Below, piece after piece: positions 28,787-39,729 of a DNA stretch of 43,455 nucleotides. The stretch spans positions 1-43,455 of the forward strand of contig CAWVXU010000012.1 of NCBI GenBank assembly GCA_963934255.1, read 5' to 3'. The number at the start of each line of letters is the position of its first letter. Position 1 is the stretch's first letter. The DNA is from an uncultured Fibrobacterales bacterium (lineage in GTDB: Bacteria; Fibrobacterota; Fibrobacteria; Fibrobacterales; CAWVXU01). The translations under genes were made by a program, and so were the position numbers. The notes under the pieces are model-generated. The model did not search any database and was not told the origin of the DNA. It saw nothing but the letters and a program-made list of their open reading frames with translations.

Positions 28787-30751
28787 ATGGATTTAACTAA
28801 AGAATTAGTAGTCGGCGCCGCAATGGACGGCAAAGTACCAGAAGGTCCAATCCAAGAACTTTGGACTAAACATAAATTTAACACTAAATTGGTCAACCCA
28901 TCCAACAAGCGTAAATACAATGTCATCGTTGTAGGGACAGGTCTTGGTGGTGGAGCAGCAGCTGCAACTTTAGGTGAACTTGGGTATAATGTAGATGCAT
29001 TTTGTTTCCAAGATACACCTCGTCGTGCACATTCAATCGCAGCGCAAGGTGGCATCAACGCAGCGAAAAACTATCCAAGTGATGGTGACTCAGTTTATCG
29101 TTTGTTTTATGACACAGTAAAAGGTGGCGATTATCGTTCACGTGAAGCAAACGTATACCGCCTAGCTGAAGTATCAACTAACATTATCGACCAATGTGTA
29201 GCTCAAGGTGTTCCTTTTGCACGCGAATATGGTGGTCTTCTAGACAACCGATCATTTGGTGGAGCTCAAGTTTCTCGTACTTTTTATGCTCGCGGGCAAA
29301 CAGGTCAACAGCTTTTAATTGGTGCTTACCAATCTCTTATGAGACAGGTTAAAAAAGGAACTGTGACTTTACATACTCGCTCAGAGATGCTTGACGTTGT
29401 GATTAAAGACGACCGTGCCCGTGGTATCGTTACTCGTAATCTTATCACTGGTGAAATCAAAAAACACGTCGGTGATGCAGTTGTGCTTGGAACTGGTGGT
29501 TATGGAAACGTATTCTACTTATCAACAAATGCAATGGGCTCGAATGTCACCGCTACTTGGCGTGCACATAAAAAGGGTGCATTCTTTGCTAACCCATGTT
29601 ACACCCAAATTCACCCAACTTGTATCCCTGTCTCTGGTGATCATCAGTCTAAGCTAACTCTTATGTCTGAATCTTTACGTAATGATGGACGTGTATGGGT
29701 TCCTCGTACAGTTGAGCTCGCTCAACAAGTACAACAAGGCAAACTTAAAGCCAATGAAATCAAAGAAGAAGATCGCAACTACTACTTAGAAGAACGCTAC
29801 CCTTCGTTTGGTAATTTAGTACCTCGTGATGTTGCGTCTCGAAATTCCAAAATGGTATGTGATGATGGCCTTGGGGTTGGCCCTACCGGTCTTGCTGTTT
29901 ATCTTGATTTTGCTGAAGCGATCAAACGCCTTGGTAAAGGTGCTGTCAAAGCCAAATATGGTAACCTTTTCCATATGTATCACAAAATTACAGATGAAGA
30001 TCCATATGAAGAACCAATGAAAATTTACCCTGCAGTTCACTATACTATGGGTGGTCTTTGGGTTGATTATAACCTTCAAACAAATGTCTCAGGATTATTT
30101 TGCGTAGGTGAAGCAAATTTCTCAGATCACGGTGCAAACCGCCTTGGTGCATCTGCACTTATGCAAGGTCTTTCGGATGGGTACTTCGTACTTCCAACAA
30201 CTATAGGTGGCTTCCTTGCTGCACATACTCCTGATGGACTGACTACTGATGATTCTGCATTTGAAAAAAGCGCATTAGAAGTCAAGGCCTTCCAAGATAA
30301 AATTCTTGCTGTAAACGGTACTATAACTTCTAGTGAAATTCACCGTGAATTAGGAAACATCATGTGGGACTATTGTGGTATGGCGCGCAATGAAGAGGGG
30401 CTTAATAAAGCTCTAGAGTTGATTCCAAAGTTACGTGAAAAATTCTGGAAAGAAATTAAAGTTAACGGAACGGGTGAAGAGCTCAATGTGAGTTTAGAAC
30501 ACGCTGGACGAGTAGCTGATTTCTTAGAATTTGCAGAACTATTTGCATTTGATGCTCTGCAACGCGAAGAATCATGTGGAGGACACTTCAGAGAAGAGTC
30601 TCAAACTGAAGACGGTGAGGCACTGCGTCAAGATGATAAATATTCTTATGCTGCGGCATGGGAATTCAAAGGTGTGGATGAGAATCCAGTACTTCACAAA
30701 GAAGACTTGAAATTCGAGTATGTGAAATTAACCCAGAGGAGCTACAAATAA
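28787..30751 (+). CDS. sdhA: Succinate dehydrogenase/fumarate reductase flavoprotein
   Basis: [45 protein letters not shown]. Confidence 0.97.
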   Translation: MDLTKELVVGAAMDGKVPEGPIQELWTKHKFNTKLVNPSNKRKYNVIVVGTGLGGGAAAATLGELGYNVDAFCFQDTPRRAHSIAAQGGINAAKNYPSDGDSVYRLFYDTVKGGDYRSREANVYRLAEVSTNIIDQCVAQGVPFAREYGGLLDNRSFGGAQVSRTFYARGQTGQQLLIGAYQSLMRQVKKGTVTLHTRSEMLDVVIKDDRARGIVTRNLITGEIKKHVGDAVVLGTGGYGNVFYLSTNAMGSNVTATWRAHKKGAFFANPCYTQIHPTCIPVSGDHQSKLTLMSESLRNDGRVWVPRTVELAQQVQQGKLKANEIKEEDRNYYLEERYPSFGNLVPRDVASRNSKMVCDDGLGVGPTGLAVYLDFAEAIKRLGKGAVKAKYGNLFHMYHKITDEDPYEEPMKIYPAVHYTMGGLWVDYNLQTNVSGLFCVGEANFSDHGANRLGASALMQGLSDGYFVLPTTIGGFLAAHTPDGLTTDDSAFEKSALEVKAFQDKILAVNGTITSSEIHRELGNIMWDYCGMARNEEGLNKALELIPKLREKFWKEIKVNGTGEELNVSLEHAGRVADFLEFAELFAFDALQREESCGGHFREESQTEDGEALRQDDKYSYAAAWEFKGVDENPVLHKEDLKFEYVKLTQRSYK

Positions 30752-31506
30752 TGAGCGGAAATATGAATCTTCGTTTAAAAGTATGGCGTCAAGCTAGCGT
30801 CTCTGACTCAGGTCAGTTTGAAGAATATGAAGCTGCTAACATCTCTCCGGATATGTCTTTCCTAGAAATGTTGGACGTGGTGAATGAGACATTAATCCTC
30901 GAAAATAAAATGCCAATTACGTTTGATAATGATTGCCGCGAAGGTATTTGTGGTATGTGTTCTTTGGTGATTAATGGTAAAGCACACGGAAAAGAACTGG
31001 GCACGACTACATGCCAATTACACATGCGTTCTTTCTCTGATGGTGACATCATTGTAATAGAACCTTGGCGTGCATCAGCATTCCCAATACTTCGCGATTT
31101 GGCAGTAGACCGTTCATCTTTCGATAGAATTATTGAAGCGGGTGGTTATACATCAATCAGCGTCGGTAATGCACAAGATGCCAATTCAATTCCAGTTCCA
31201 AAATCAGAAGCAGACGCCTCATTTGACGCCGCATCTTGTATTGGTTGTGGTGCATGTGTCGCTTCTTGTAAGAATGCTTCTGCTATGCTATTTGTAGCAG
31301 CTAAAGTTTCTCACTTAGCTTTACTTCCTCAAGGCAAACCAGAACGCAAAGAGCGCGCTCTTGCAATGGTTACTCAAATGGATGCTGAAGGCTTTGGTAA
31401 TTGTACTAATCAATACGAGTGTGAAGCGGCATGTCCTAAAGAAATCTCTGTTTCAAACATTGCCCGTTTGAACCGGGAATACCTTTGGGCTACTGTAGCT
31501 AAATAG
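30751..31506 (+). CDS. sdhB: Succinate dehydrogenase/fumarate reductase Fe-S subunit
   Basis: [29 protein letters not shown]. Confidence 0.97.
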   Translation: MSGNMNLRLKVWRQASVSDSGQFEEYEAANISPDMSFLEMLDVVNETLILENKMPITFDNDCREGICGMCSLVINGKAHGKELGTTTCQLHMRSFSDGDIIVIEPWRASAFPILRDLAVDRSSFDRIIEAGGYTSISVGNAQDANSIPVPKSEADASFDAASCIGCGACVASCKNASAMLFVAAKVSHLALLPQGKPERKERALAMVTQMDAEGFGNCTNQYECEAACPKEISVSNIARLNREYLWATVAK

Positions 31507-31528
31507 TTTTGGCCTTTTTGATAAAATC

Positions 31529-31567
31529 AAAGGCTGCTTCCTTATATTGAGGGAGCAGCCTTTTTTT
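31529..31567 (+). terminator. Intrinsic terminator after sdhB
   Basis: AAAGGCTGCTTCCT-TATATTG-AGGGAGCAGCCTTTTTTT. Confidence 0.9.
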
Positions 31568-31614
31568 GTAGGCATTTTTTTACTTTATAATGCAAATACA
31601 AATAAGGAAAACAG

Positions 31615-32121
31615 ATGAAATTCAAAGAATACGAACCCATACTAGGTCAAAATGTTTTTATCGCAGAAGGCGCTAAAGTGATTGGTCGGGTCAATCTAGG
31701 TACAGATTCTTCCGTATTTTTTAATAGCGTTCTTCGAGCCGACATCAACTCCATTGTTATTGGTCGCCGAACCAATGTACAAGACAATTGTACTTTCCAT
31801 GTGTCTGACAAATTCGGAGTTCAAGTGGGTAATGATGTCACTATAGGGCATAATGCAATACTTCATGCTTGTGAAGTGGGTGATAATGTGACTATCGGTA
31901 TGGGTGCAATTATTATGGATGGATCCAAAATTGGTGAAGACTCAATTGTCGCAGCTGGTTCTATCGTACCTCCAGGTAAGACATTTAATGTGGGCTCTCT
32001 GATTATGGGCAGCCCAGCTAGAGTAATTCGCATACTTACTCGAGAAGAAATTGAAGCCAATCGTAAAATGGCCGCTAAGTATATTCGAGTAAAAAACCAA
32101 TATTTAGACCAGGCTTCTTAA
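31615..32121 (+). CDS. Gamma carbonic anhydrase family protein (YrdA/PaaY-like)
   Basis: Hexapeptide repeats, LRAD, NVQDN..H, GHNAILH. Confidence 0.92.
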   Translation: MKFKEYEPILGQNVFIAEGAKVIGRVNLGTDSSVFFNSVLRADINSIVIGRRTNVQDNCTFHVSDKFGVQVGNDVTIGHNAILHACEVGDNVTIGMGAIIMDGSKIGEDSIVAAGSIVPPGKTFNVGSLIMGSPARVIRILTREEIEANRKMAAKYIRVKNQYLDQAS

Positions 32122-32122
32122 T

Positions 32123-33091
32123 ATGAAAGAAGTGAGTTTTCTTATCAATCCGTTCTCGGGTGGCGGCGAAGGTCGTCGTTTAGCTACTTATCTTCCAGAG
32201 ATAATGGCGTCATTTGATTTGGATACAACTCAGTGGGCGGCTGAATTCACTTCTTTGGAAAATATTGAGACACAAATTTTTGATCTGATTAAAGACACTC
32301 ACAAATTAATTGCCGTCGGTGGCGATGGCACGATGAGTGATGTACTGACGTGCCTTGCAAGAAACTTAGATTTGGACGTTGAAGTAGGACTTATCCCACT
32401 AGGCACAGGCAATGATCTTGCTCGAGTGATGAATATTTTTCATAATTATCATAATCGTGGGCTACTCAATACAATTCGTAAGTTGATGTCATCGGGTTCA
32501 AGAAAATTTGATCTATGGTCAGTCAATGGCAAGCAAACTCTCTCAGCTTATCTCTCAGCTGGTGTTGATGCACGAGTTGCGATGGAATTTAATCAAGTTC
32601 GTGCTGCGGGCAAGCTACCTTGGAAAGCTGTTTGGCTCAATAAACTCTATTACATAGTGATATTTGCTCGAGTATACAACCATCGCTTGGGTCAAGGTAC
32701 CCTATTAGAATACACATCGGCAGGCGGCCAAAAACACCAGGTAGATTTAAGTGGAAAACGTTCAATTATAATTGGTAATATCCCTAGCTACGGAGGTGGA
32801 GCGAACCCATTTCGAGACTCAGATTATAATGATGCCTATTTAGAAATTGTCCCAGCCAAAAGTTTGATCAAATATATTGCTTGTATGATGACGACAATGG
32901 GAGCTCCTATTCAAAAACTGATTACAAATCTTTACCTTCCCTGTCACCATGCTAGTAGTGTGAAGTTGAGTATACCCAAAGGTGAGTCGGTGCAAATTGA
33001 TGGGGAAGACCGTACACAAGAATTTAGTGGTAAAACAATTGAAATCGAACATGTTCGTAAGGTTAAACTACTGGTACTAGAAGAGGTTTAA
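32123..33091 (+). CDS. Diacylglycerol/lipid kinase family protein
   Basis: INPFSGGG, AVGGDGT, PLGTGNDLAR, NIPSYGGG, QIDGE. Confidence 0.9.
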   Translation: MKEVSFLINPFSGGGEGRRLATYLPEIMASFDLDTTQWAAEFTSLENIETQIFDLIKDTHKLIAVGGDGTMSDVLTCLARNLDLDVEVGLIPLGTGNDLARVMNIFHNYHNRGLLNTIRKLMSSGSRKFDLWSVNGKQTLSAYLSAGVDARVAMEFNQVRAAGKLPWKAVWLNKLYYIVIFARVYNHRLGQGTLLEYTSAGGQKHQVDLSGKRSIIIGNIPSYGGGANPFRDSDYNDAYLEIVPAKSLIKYIACMMTTMGAPIQKLITNLYLPCHHASSVKLSIPKGESVQIDGEDRTQEFSGKTIEIEHVRKVKLLVLEEV

Positions 33092-33928
33092 GTGAGTGCT
33101 ACATTCCACATATTCGGCGCGGGATATTGCGCAAATAGATTTTTTAGTTTACATCCTAAAAGGTGCGTTGTTTATACTAGGAAAAAAGTCACACCAAGTG
33201 ATTTGGATACAGAGCTGAGATTAAAAAATTGGAATCCAGAAGAAATTTTGAATTCAAGAAAAACGGCATCTATTTTCTTAGATGAAATAAAAAACTACAC
33301 GAGTTCAACTGCAGTAGGTGCTAGCTTAAATGTGGTTCTCATTACCTTTCCGTTATCAAAACTTAGCCAAATACATTGGGAAACTTTCCTAAATGAGGTT
33401 GAACTTCATCAAAATTCTCAGTTAAAGTTTATCGTTCTTGGGTCATGGGGGAGTTTAAATGTCCAACATTTAATAAACCCACTTCAAAACAGCCACTTTA
33501 ATTCAGATGATTTAAGAAATGAACGAGAATTACGGCTTGTCAAAGCAGGTGCTTCTCGTTTATTATTAGCGGGCATTCATGGTCCTAATAGAAACCCAAT
33601 GACTTGGCTTAAAAAAGGTCTCATTTCCTTAAAGAAAGTTTCCGTCAATTTAATTCATGTTGACGATATCATCTCCCTTTGTCTTCACCTAGCCAAGCGT
33701 GCCGATAATTCCAAGTTGGAATTTGGTATTGACTACATACTTTGTGATGGAAAACTGCACTTGTGGACTGACATTGAATCCAAGGCTCATGAGCTTGAAT
33801 TTTTAGATGATCAGTTTCAACGTAAAAATATTCCTATAAAAAGGCCTGATCGAGATGTTGACTTTGATGCATTTAAAGTCTATTTCGATAATCTTGAGTG
33901 GTCGCCCAGTCAATTTGATTATTTATGA
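33092..33928 (+). CDS. Atypical SDR / NAD(P)-binding epimerase-like protein (divergent)
   Basis: HIFGAGY Rossmann start, LAGIHGPNR, NLIHVDDI. Confidence 0.7.
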   Translation: MSATFHIFGAGYCANRFFSLHPKRCVVYTRKKVTPSDLDTELRLKNWNPEEILNSRKTASIFLDEIKNYTSSTAVGASLNVVLITFPLSKLSQIHWETFLNEVELHQNSQLKFIVLGSWGSLNVQHLINPLQNSHFNSDDLRNERELRLVKAGASRLLLAGIHGPNRNPMTWLKKGLISLKKVSVNLIHVDDIISLCLHLAKRADNSKLEFGIDYILCDGKLHLWTDIESKAHELEFLDDQFQRKNIPIKRPDRDVDFDAFKVYFDNLEWSPSQFDYL

Positions 33929-34136
33929 TATAAGCTTAGGTTTAGGTGGCTAAGGTTCTTTAATAGATATGGAAACTGAAGAGAGTGAGCTTAACATCAA
34001 GGATATTGAGTTTATCAGTATCTGAGTGTGCAAATGCGCGGATTATTTTCAATTTAGAGTCATTTTCGCCAAAAGAATCAAATTTTTTATATTCTCAATT
34101 TTCTATATTGTGGCGACGATGAAAATGGAGTTTTAG

Positions 34137-35159
34137 ATGAAAAACGGGTTAATTTTAGTAATTTTAGTTTTGAGCATGAATATTTCTGCTCAAATGTTAA
34201 ACGTAGGCAACCTTCCTGTATTTAGTGTGGGCAAGACTCAATTTACAAGTGGTAAGATTGACACAATGGTTCAAGCCTTGGCTAGACAACAATTTAAAGG
34301 ACGCCAAGTTCCACCTCAAGCTATCAATCAAATGAAGCAAATGGTGGTTGTCAACCTTGTGTCTCAAGAGTTATTAGCACTTGAGGCAGAAGCCAAAAAT
34401 GTCAAAGCACCCAAAAGTAAAGTCGATGAGACAATCAAAACACTCAAAAAACAACTACCATCTGAAGACGCCTTTAATAAGCACTTAGTCAAGCTTGGGA
34501 TAACTCTTAAAGACTTTAGAGCTAAAATTGAACGCCAAATTTCAACTGAGGTTATGTTAGAGAAGCTAGCTCCTTACCCTCAGCCTCCAACTGAAAAAAT
34601 AATGAAGGCTTACTACAGTAAATATAAAGCTACTGCAATCATAAATGATTCACTTGCTGCAGTTGAAATTTATTTTGATAAAACACCTGGCGAAAAAGCT
34701 ACAGACATAGCCAACAAAAAAGAAATCTTAAAAGGTCTAGCAGCTCAAGTTAAAGCGGGCGTGGATATGCGTCAACTTGCAGCTCAATACTCAAATAGCC
34801 CTAAGGCTCGTGAAACAGGCGGAGTAATTGGACCTCAAAAATCAAAAGACTTCCCTTCATCATACCTGAAGGCTTTTAAGCAATTAAAAGTAGGTGAAGT
34901 ATCATCTGTATTTACAGGAGCTAAAGGTCGTCTAGTTATTGTACAACTTTTCATGCGTAACGACGGTACTTATGATTCAAATATCCAACGCATCCAATAT
35001 GCAATGATGATGGAAGCTGAGCAAGCACGTATGACTAAACTTCAAGGCCTGCTAAATGATTTGAAGTCTAAATACAAAGTTGAATATTTCGATCAATCAT
35101 ACAAGCCCGATATGAAGGCTATGGCTGAGGCTATGAAAAGACAACAAGGAGCCAAGTAG
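34137..35159 (+). CDS. SurA/PrsA-like periplasmic peptidyl-prolyl isomerase chaperone
   Basis: Signal peptide, helical SurA-N-like region, parvulin-like LAAQYSNSP..GGVIG..LKVGEVS. Confidence 0.85.
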   Translation: MKNGLILVILVLSMNISAQMLNVGNLPVFSVGKTQFTSGKIDTMVQALARQQFKGRQVPPQAINQMKQMVVVNLVSQELLALEAEAKNVKAPKSKVDETIKTLKKQLPSEDAFNKHLVKLGITLKDFRAKIERQISTEVMLEKLAPYPQPPTEKIMKAYYSKYKATAIINDSLAAVEIYFDKTPGEKATDIANKKEILKGLAAQVKAGVDMRQLAAQYSNSPKARETGGVIGPQKSKDFPSSYLKAFKQLKVGEVSSVFTGAKGRLVIVQLFMRNDGTYDSNIQRIQYAMMMEAEQARMTKLQGLLNDLKSKYKVEYFDQSYKPDMKAMAEAMKRQQGAK

Positions 35160-36251
35160 TGGCTCTAGCTCAAGCAGCAGAATTATTGCTACGTCTAGAA
35201 GATCTACGGAGGTATCTTTGACCTTCCTACAAAAGAGGCAGAGTTACTTGTTCTAGAGAAAGAATCCACACTTGAAGACTTTTGGAAAGACAATGATAAA
35301 GCACAAGCTGTTTTAAAGAAAATTCGAAGTCTTCAGTTTTGGATTGAGACTTGGAATAGGTTAGTTGATCAAGTTAAAGATATTGATGACATGTATGAAA
35401 TGGCTAAAGAAGAATCTGATGATGAACTCAAAGAGTCTTTATTAGTCGAATTAGCCGAAACCGAGTCCAACCTCAAAGCCCTGGAGCTTAAAAAAATGTT
35501 GGATGGTGAAGATGATTCTTTAACAGCCATTGTCACTATCAATCCAGGGTCTGGTGGTACAGAATCTTGTGATTGGGCCAACATGCTATTTCGCATGTAT
35601 ACCCGATATTTTGAAAAACAAAAATGGCCTTTTAAAATTCTCGATGTACAAGATGGTGATGAGGCTGGAATTAAGTCTGCTACCATGGAAGTCAACCAAG
35701 AATTCGCTTTTGGATATTTGCGTTCTGAAATTGGTGTACATCGTCTAGTTCGTATTTCCCCTTTTGATTCATCTGCTCGTAGACATACAAGTTTTGCAGG
35801 TGTTTATGTCTATCCGGTCATGGAAGATATTGAGATTGAGATTGATGCTAAGGATATTAAAGTTGATACCTATAGAGCCTCTGGCGCCGGCGGTCAACAT
35901 ATTAACAAAACAGATTCGGCAGTTCGAATGACGCATACCCCAACAGGTTGTGTTTCGACTTGTCAAAATGAGCGGTCTCAGATTAAAAATAGAGACACCG
36001 CTTTAAAGATTTTAAAATCGATGGTTTACCAAAAGTTGCGTGAGGAAGAGGAAGCCAAACGCAATGAGAAGCTTGCTGAGAAACGCAAGATTGAATGGGG
36101 ATCGCAAATCAGAAACTATGTTTTGCACCCTTATAATTTGGTAAAAGATCTCAGAACTAACGAAGAAACCTCAGATGCCTCAGGCGTGCTTGATGGTGAT
36201 ATTCAACGCTTCATTGAAGCCTTCCTATTATCCACCGGAGAAGAAGTATAA
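35159..36251 (+). CDS. prfB: Peptide chain release factor 2, with programmed +1 frameshift
   Basis: GTG 35159 follows AGGAG; 20 codons to CTT TGA C (35216-35222); the +1 frame joins track ORF 35391-36251, which has SPF and GGQ. Confidence 0.96.
35208..35222 (+). promoter_or_regulatory. RF2 autoregulatory frameshift site
   Basis: Internal SD GGAGG, then TAT, then CTTTGAC. Confidence 0.95.
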
Positions 36252-37753
36252 TGGCTATGGAAAGAAATGATCAAGTAGACGCACGTCTTGCGAAACTAGC
36301 GACTTTAAGAGAAATGGGTATAAACCCTTATCCGTATAATTTTGACCGCACTCACACTTCTAGTGAGTTAATTAATAATCAAGAAGCACTTCTAGAATCT
36401 GAAGAAGTCGTTAGGTTTGCAGGTCGTATTGTTCGATTTAACCGTCGTGGTAAAATGGCATTTATGCACCTAAAAGACCAAGAAGGTCGCCTTCAAATTC
36501 TTGCAGCTAAAACTGAAGTTGAAGAAGGCAATTACGAAATTGTCAAGCTGATGGACCTAGGTGACTGGGTAGGTGTTGAAGGTAAAGGATTCATGACTAA
36601 GACAGGTGAATTCTCTGTACTAGCGGCCAAGATGGAAATCTTAGCCAAAGCAGTTCGTCCGCTTCCTATACCCAAAGAAAAAATTGATGCCGATGGTAAC
36701 AAAACTATTTTTGATGAATTTAAAGATGTTGATACGCGCTATCGTCATCGCTATATTGACTTAACTCTAAATGATGGCGTACGTGACACCTTCCTCAAAA
36801 GATCACGTATTGTATCTACTGTTCGCCGTTACCTCGAAGATGGCGGATATCTAGAAGTTGACACACCTACGCTTCAAACAATTTATGGTGGGGCCAATGC
36901 GCGTCCTTTTGAAACTCATCATAACTCTGCTGATATCCAACTTTATTTAAGAGTTTCAAATGAACTTTATTTAAAACGGTGTATTGTGGGGGGGCTTGAA
37001 AAGGTATTTGAATTCTCTCGTAACTTCCGTAACGAAGGCATGGATAGAACTCATAACCCTGAGTTTACCGCCGTTGAGTTTTACGAAGCCTACGCAGATT
37101 ACAACGACATGATGATTCACTTTGAAACTATCTGGGAAAGAGCCTGTATCGCTGCCAATGGAACAACTGAAATTGAATTCATGGGTAACAAAATTGATAT
37201 TAAAGCCCCTTGGAAACGAATGACCTGTTATGATGCTTTAAAGACTATAGGTGGGATTGATGTTGAATCAATGTCTGACGATGACCTTATCTCTGAGATG
37301 GAAAAACACCATATCAAACTAGATGGTGGCTTCCTTCGTGGTAAAGCAATACTTTCTTTGTTTGAAGAGCTTTGTGAAGACAAGCTTATTCAACCAACAT
37401 TTATTACTGATTTCCCTAAAGAGTCAACTCCACTTTGTAAGCGTCATCGTAACAACCCAGATCTAGTTGAGCAATTTGAACCCTATATTTGCGGCATGGA
37501 AATCGGCAATGCATATACTGAGCTGAATGATCCTATTCTTCAACGCGAAGCACTTGAAGAGCAAGTCGAGCGTGGTCGAGGTGGTGAGGACGAAACTCAT
37601 CCAATTGATGAAAACTTTTTACATGCAATTGAATCAGGTATGCCTCCAACGGGTGGTGTAGGTATTGGCATTGATCGTATGGTGATGGTCTTAACTGATT
37701 CTCCTACAATTCGTGATGTCTTATTGTTTCCTCTCATGAAACCAGAGTCTTAA
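36251..37753 (+). CDS. lysS: Lysyl-tRNA synthetase (class II)
   Basis: GGANARPF, YLRVSNELYLKR, FRNEG..HNPEFT, GMPPTGGVGIGIDR. Confidence 0.97.
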   Translation: MAMERNDQVDARLAKLATLREMGINPYPYNFDRTHTSSELINNQEALLESEEVVRFAGRIVRFNRRGKMAFMHLKDQEGRLQILAAKTEVEEGNYEIVKLMDLGDWVGVEGKGFMTKTGEFSVLAAKMEILAKAVRPLPIPKEKIDADGNKTIFDEFKDVDTRYRHRYIDLTLNDGVRDTFLKRSRIVSTVRRYLEDGGYLEVDTPTLQTIYGGANARPFETHHNSADIQLYLRVSNELYLKRCIVGGLEKVFEFSRNFRNEGMDRTHNPEFTAVEFYEAYADYNDMMIHFETIWERACIAANGTTEIEFMGNKIDIKAPWKRMTCYDALKTIGGIDVESMSDDDLISEMEKHHIKLDGGFLRGKAILSLFEELCEDKLIQPTFITDFPKESTPLCKRHRNNPDLVEQFEPYICGMEIGNAYTELNDPILQREALEEQVERGRGGEDETHPIDENFLHAIESGMPPTGGVGIGIDRMVMVLTDSPTIRDVLLFPLMKPES

Positions 37754-37759
37754 TCTATT

Positions 37760-39001
37760 ATGAACAGGTTTGAATGGCAATTAGCTTGGAGATATCTTGG
37801 TGGACAAAGGAAGTCTTTCTTTGTCACCCTCATTTCCTTATTTTCATTAATGGGTGTGGCCATTGGGACTTGGGCGCTCGTCGTTGTCTTGTCTGCAATC
37901 AATGGATTTGAAAAAGAAGTCACATCCCAGATGATGGGGAAGGATGCTCACTTTGAATTGATGCAATATCATCATAAAGCTTTTGGTAGTTATGATAGTA
38001 TTACAAGACAAGTTGAGTTGGATTCAGAGGTGATTGGTGCAGCTCCTTTTATTATTTCAAAAGTAGGGATTTCGTCAAAGCGTGCCAATGATGGTATCGT
38101 TGTTTATGGTATTGATGCTGATCAGTCTAAGAAGGTCGTGGACCTGAGTAATAAAATTACAGCAGGTGTTTATGGTCTAGATTCTCTACTTGATACTGAT
38201 GGACGAAAGAAACCTAGTATGATGCTTGGTTCAGTGCTTGCTAATCGTTTAGCGGTTAAAATTGGTGACAAATTAATACTTCAAACTTTCCAAAGCCCTG
38301 ATGGTATGGGAGCGACGACCCCGAAGCTTGTTCAGTATAAATTAGGTGGAATCTTTGAAACGGGGATGTATGAGTATGATGCAAACTTAGCCTATGTATC
38401 TATCCCAACAGCACAACGTTTATTAGGGCTCGGTCCTAAAGTTCATGGTATTCAAGCGATTGTCAAAGATCCTTGGCAGGCAGAGACTGTGGCTCTTCGC
38501 ATCAAAGGTCTTTTTGGTTATCCCTTCTATACACTTGACTGGAAAGCCAAAAATCAGACCTTACTCAAATGGATGCGTCTTGAAAAGAAACTTTTTGGTG
38601 GTGCCATTTGCTTGATTATTTTAGTTGCAGCTTTCAATATCATTTCATCACTCATTATGGTTGTGATTGAAAAGACAAGAGAAATTGGAATCTTGCGAGC
38701 GATGGGTGTTTCCTCTCAATCCATTATGAGAATATTTGTCATGGTAGGTGGTTTTGTCGGTTTTTTTGGGACTTTATTTGGAACTGTTTTTGGTGTGTTA
38801 ATTTGTTTAGCTCAACAGAAATGGGGATTCATCAAACTCCCACCAGACGTATACATGATCTCGGTTTTCCCTGTTGAAGTGCTATGGTCAGATATTATTA
38901 TGGTATTTGTTGTCGGCAATATATTAACACTCGGTGTGACTATCCTCCCTGCTCGAAAAGCTGCCAAACACAATCCTTTGGAGGCTATTCGTCATGAATA
39001 A
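37760..39001 (+). CDS. lolC: Lipoprotein-releasing ABC transporter permease LolC/E
   Basis: AWRYL, VLSAINGF, GIFETGMYEYD, VAAFNIISSL..EIGILRAMG, PARKAA..EAIRHE. Confidence 0.9.
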   Translation: MNRFEWQLAWRYLGGQRKSFFVTLISLFSLMGVAIGTWALVVVLSAINGFEKEVTSQMMGKDAHFELMQYHHKAFGSYDSITRQVELDSEVIGAAPFIISKVGISSKRANDGIVVYGIDADQSKKVVDLSNKITAGVYGLDSLLDTDGRKKPSMMLGSVLANRLAVKIGDKLILQTFQSPDGMGATTPKLVQYKLGGIFETGMYEYDANLAYVSIPTAQRLLGLGPKVHGIQAIVKDPWQAETVALRIKGLFGYPFYTLDWKAKNQTLLKWMRLEKKLFGGAICLIILVAAFNIISSLIMVVIEKTREIGILRAMGVSSQSIMRIFVMVGGFVGFFGTLFGTVFGVLICLAQQKWGFIKLPPDVYMISVFPVEVLWSDIIMVFVVGNILTLGVTILPARKAAKHNPLEAIRHE

Positions 39002-39719
39002 TGTTGAATCAATTGAATTAAATAAAACTCGAGCCGCTCAACCTTTGATTCAGGGAATTGGACTCAAACGGTGGTTTGAGGACACGGGTTCTCGTCTTGA
39101 AATCCTTAAAGGTGTTGACCTTGAAGTTCACCAAGGTGAAGTCATCTCTATCACAGGAACCTCTGGCGCTGGTAAGTCGACATTACTTCATATCTTGGGG
39201 TCTCTTGATCAACCAAGTGAAGGTAAAGTATACTTCGAAGGCGAAGATGTTTTTGAATTAAGTGCCAAAGACCTTGATTCTTATCGTCGTGATGAAGTTG
39301 GATTTATTTTCCAATTCCATCATCTTTTACCCGAACTGACTGCGCTTGAAAATGTACAACTACCTTCTCAATTACAAGGTGGTAAACCGAACACTCAGCG
39401 TGCTTTAGAATTACTTGAATCAGTTGGTATGAGTGAAAGATCAAAACATTTCCCGGCCGAGATGTCAGGTGGAGAATGTCAGCGAGTTGCAGTTGCTCGC
39501 GCTCTAATGAATAATCCTAAGATTATTTTTGCAGATGAGCCTTCAGGGAATTTAGATGAAGATAATTCAGAAATGCTCCATCAGCTTTTTATGGATCTAA
39601 ATACAAAAATGGGACAGTCTTTTGTTTATGTGACGCATGATCAAAAGTTTGCAGCAATGGCTCATAGACAATGGCAAGTGTCTCATGGTGGTCTTATAGA
39701 AGGAAGCCTCGCTGAATAG
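38994..39719 (+). CDS. lolD: Lipoprotein-releasing ABC ATPase
   Basis: GTSGAGKSTLL, GFIFQFHHLL (LolD motif), MSGGE, ADEPSGNLD. Confidence 0.92.
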   Translation: MNNVESIELNKTRAAQPLIQGIGLKRWFEDTGSRLEILKGVDLEVHQGEVISITGTSGAGKSTLLHILGSLDQPSEGKVYFEGEDVFELSAKDLDSYRRDEVGFIFQFHHLLPELTALENVQLPSQLQGGKPNTQRALELLESVGMSERSKHFPAEMSGGECQRVAVARALMNNPKIIFADEPSGNLDEDNSEMLHQLFMDLNTKMGQSFVYVTHDQKFAAMAHRQWQVSHGGLIEGSLAE

Positions 39720-39729
39720 TAGAGGTTTT

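Noticed and set aside
33970..34026. 18-codon ORF METEESELNIKDIEFISI in the intergenic gap
   Set aside because: No SD, no leader-peptide composition and no attenuator structure.
35219..35221. In-frame TGA in prfB as a pseudogene or selenocysteine signal
   Set aside because: It matches the canonical RF2 frameshift cassette.
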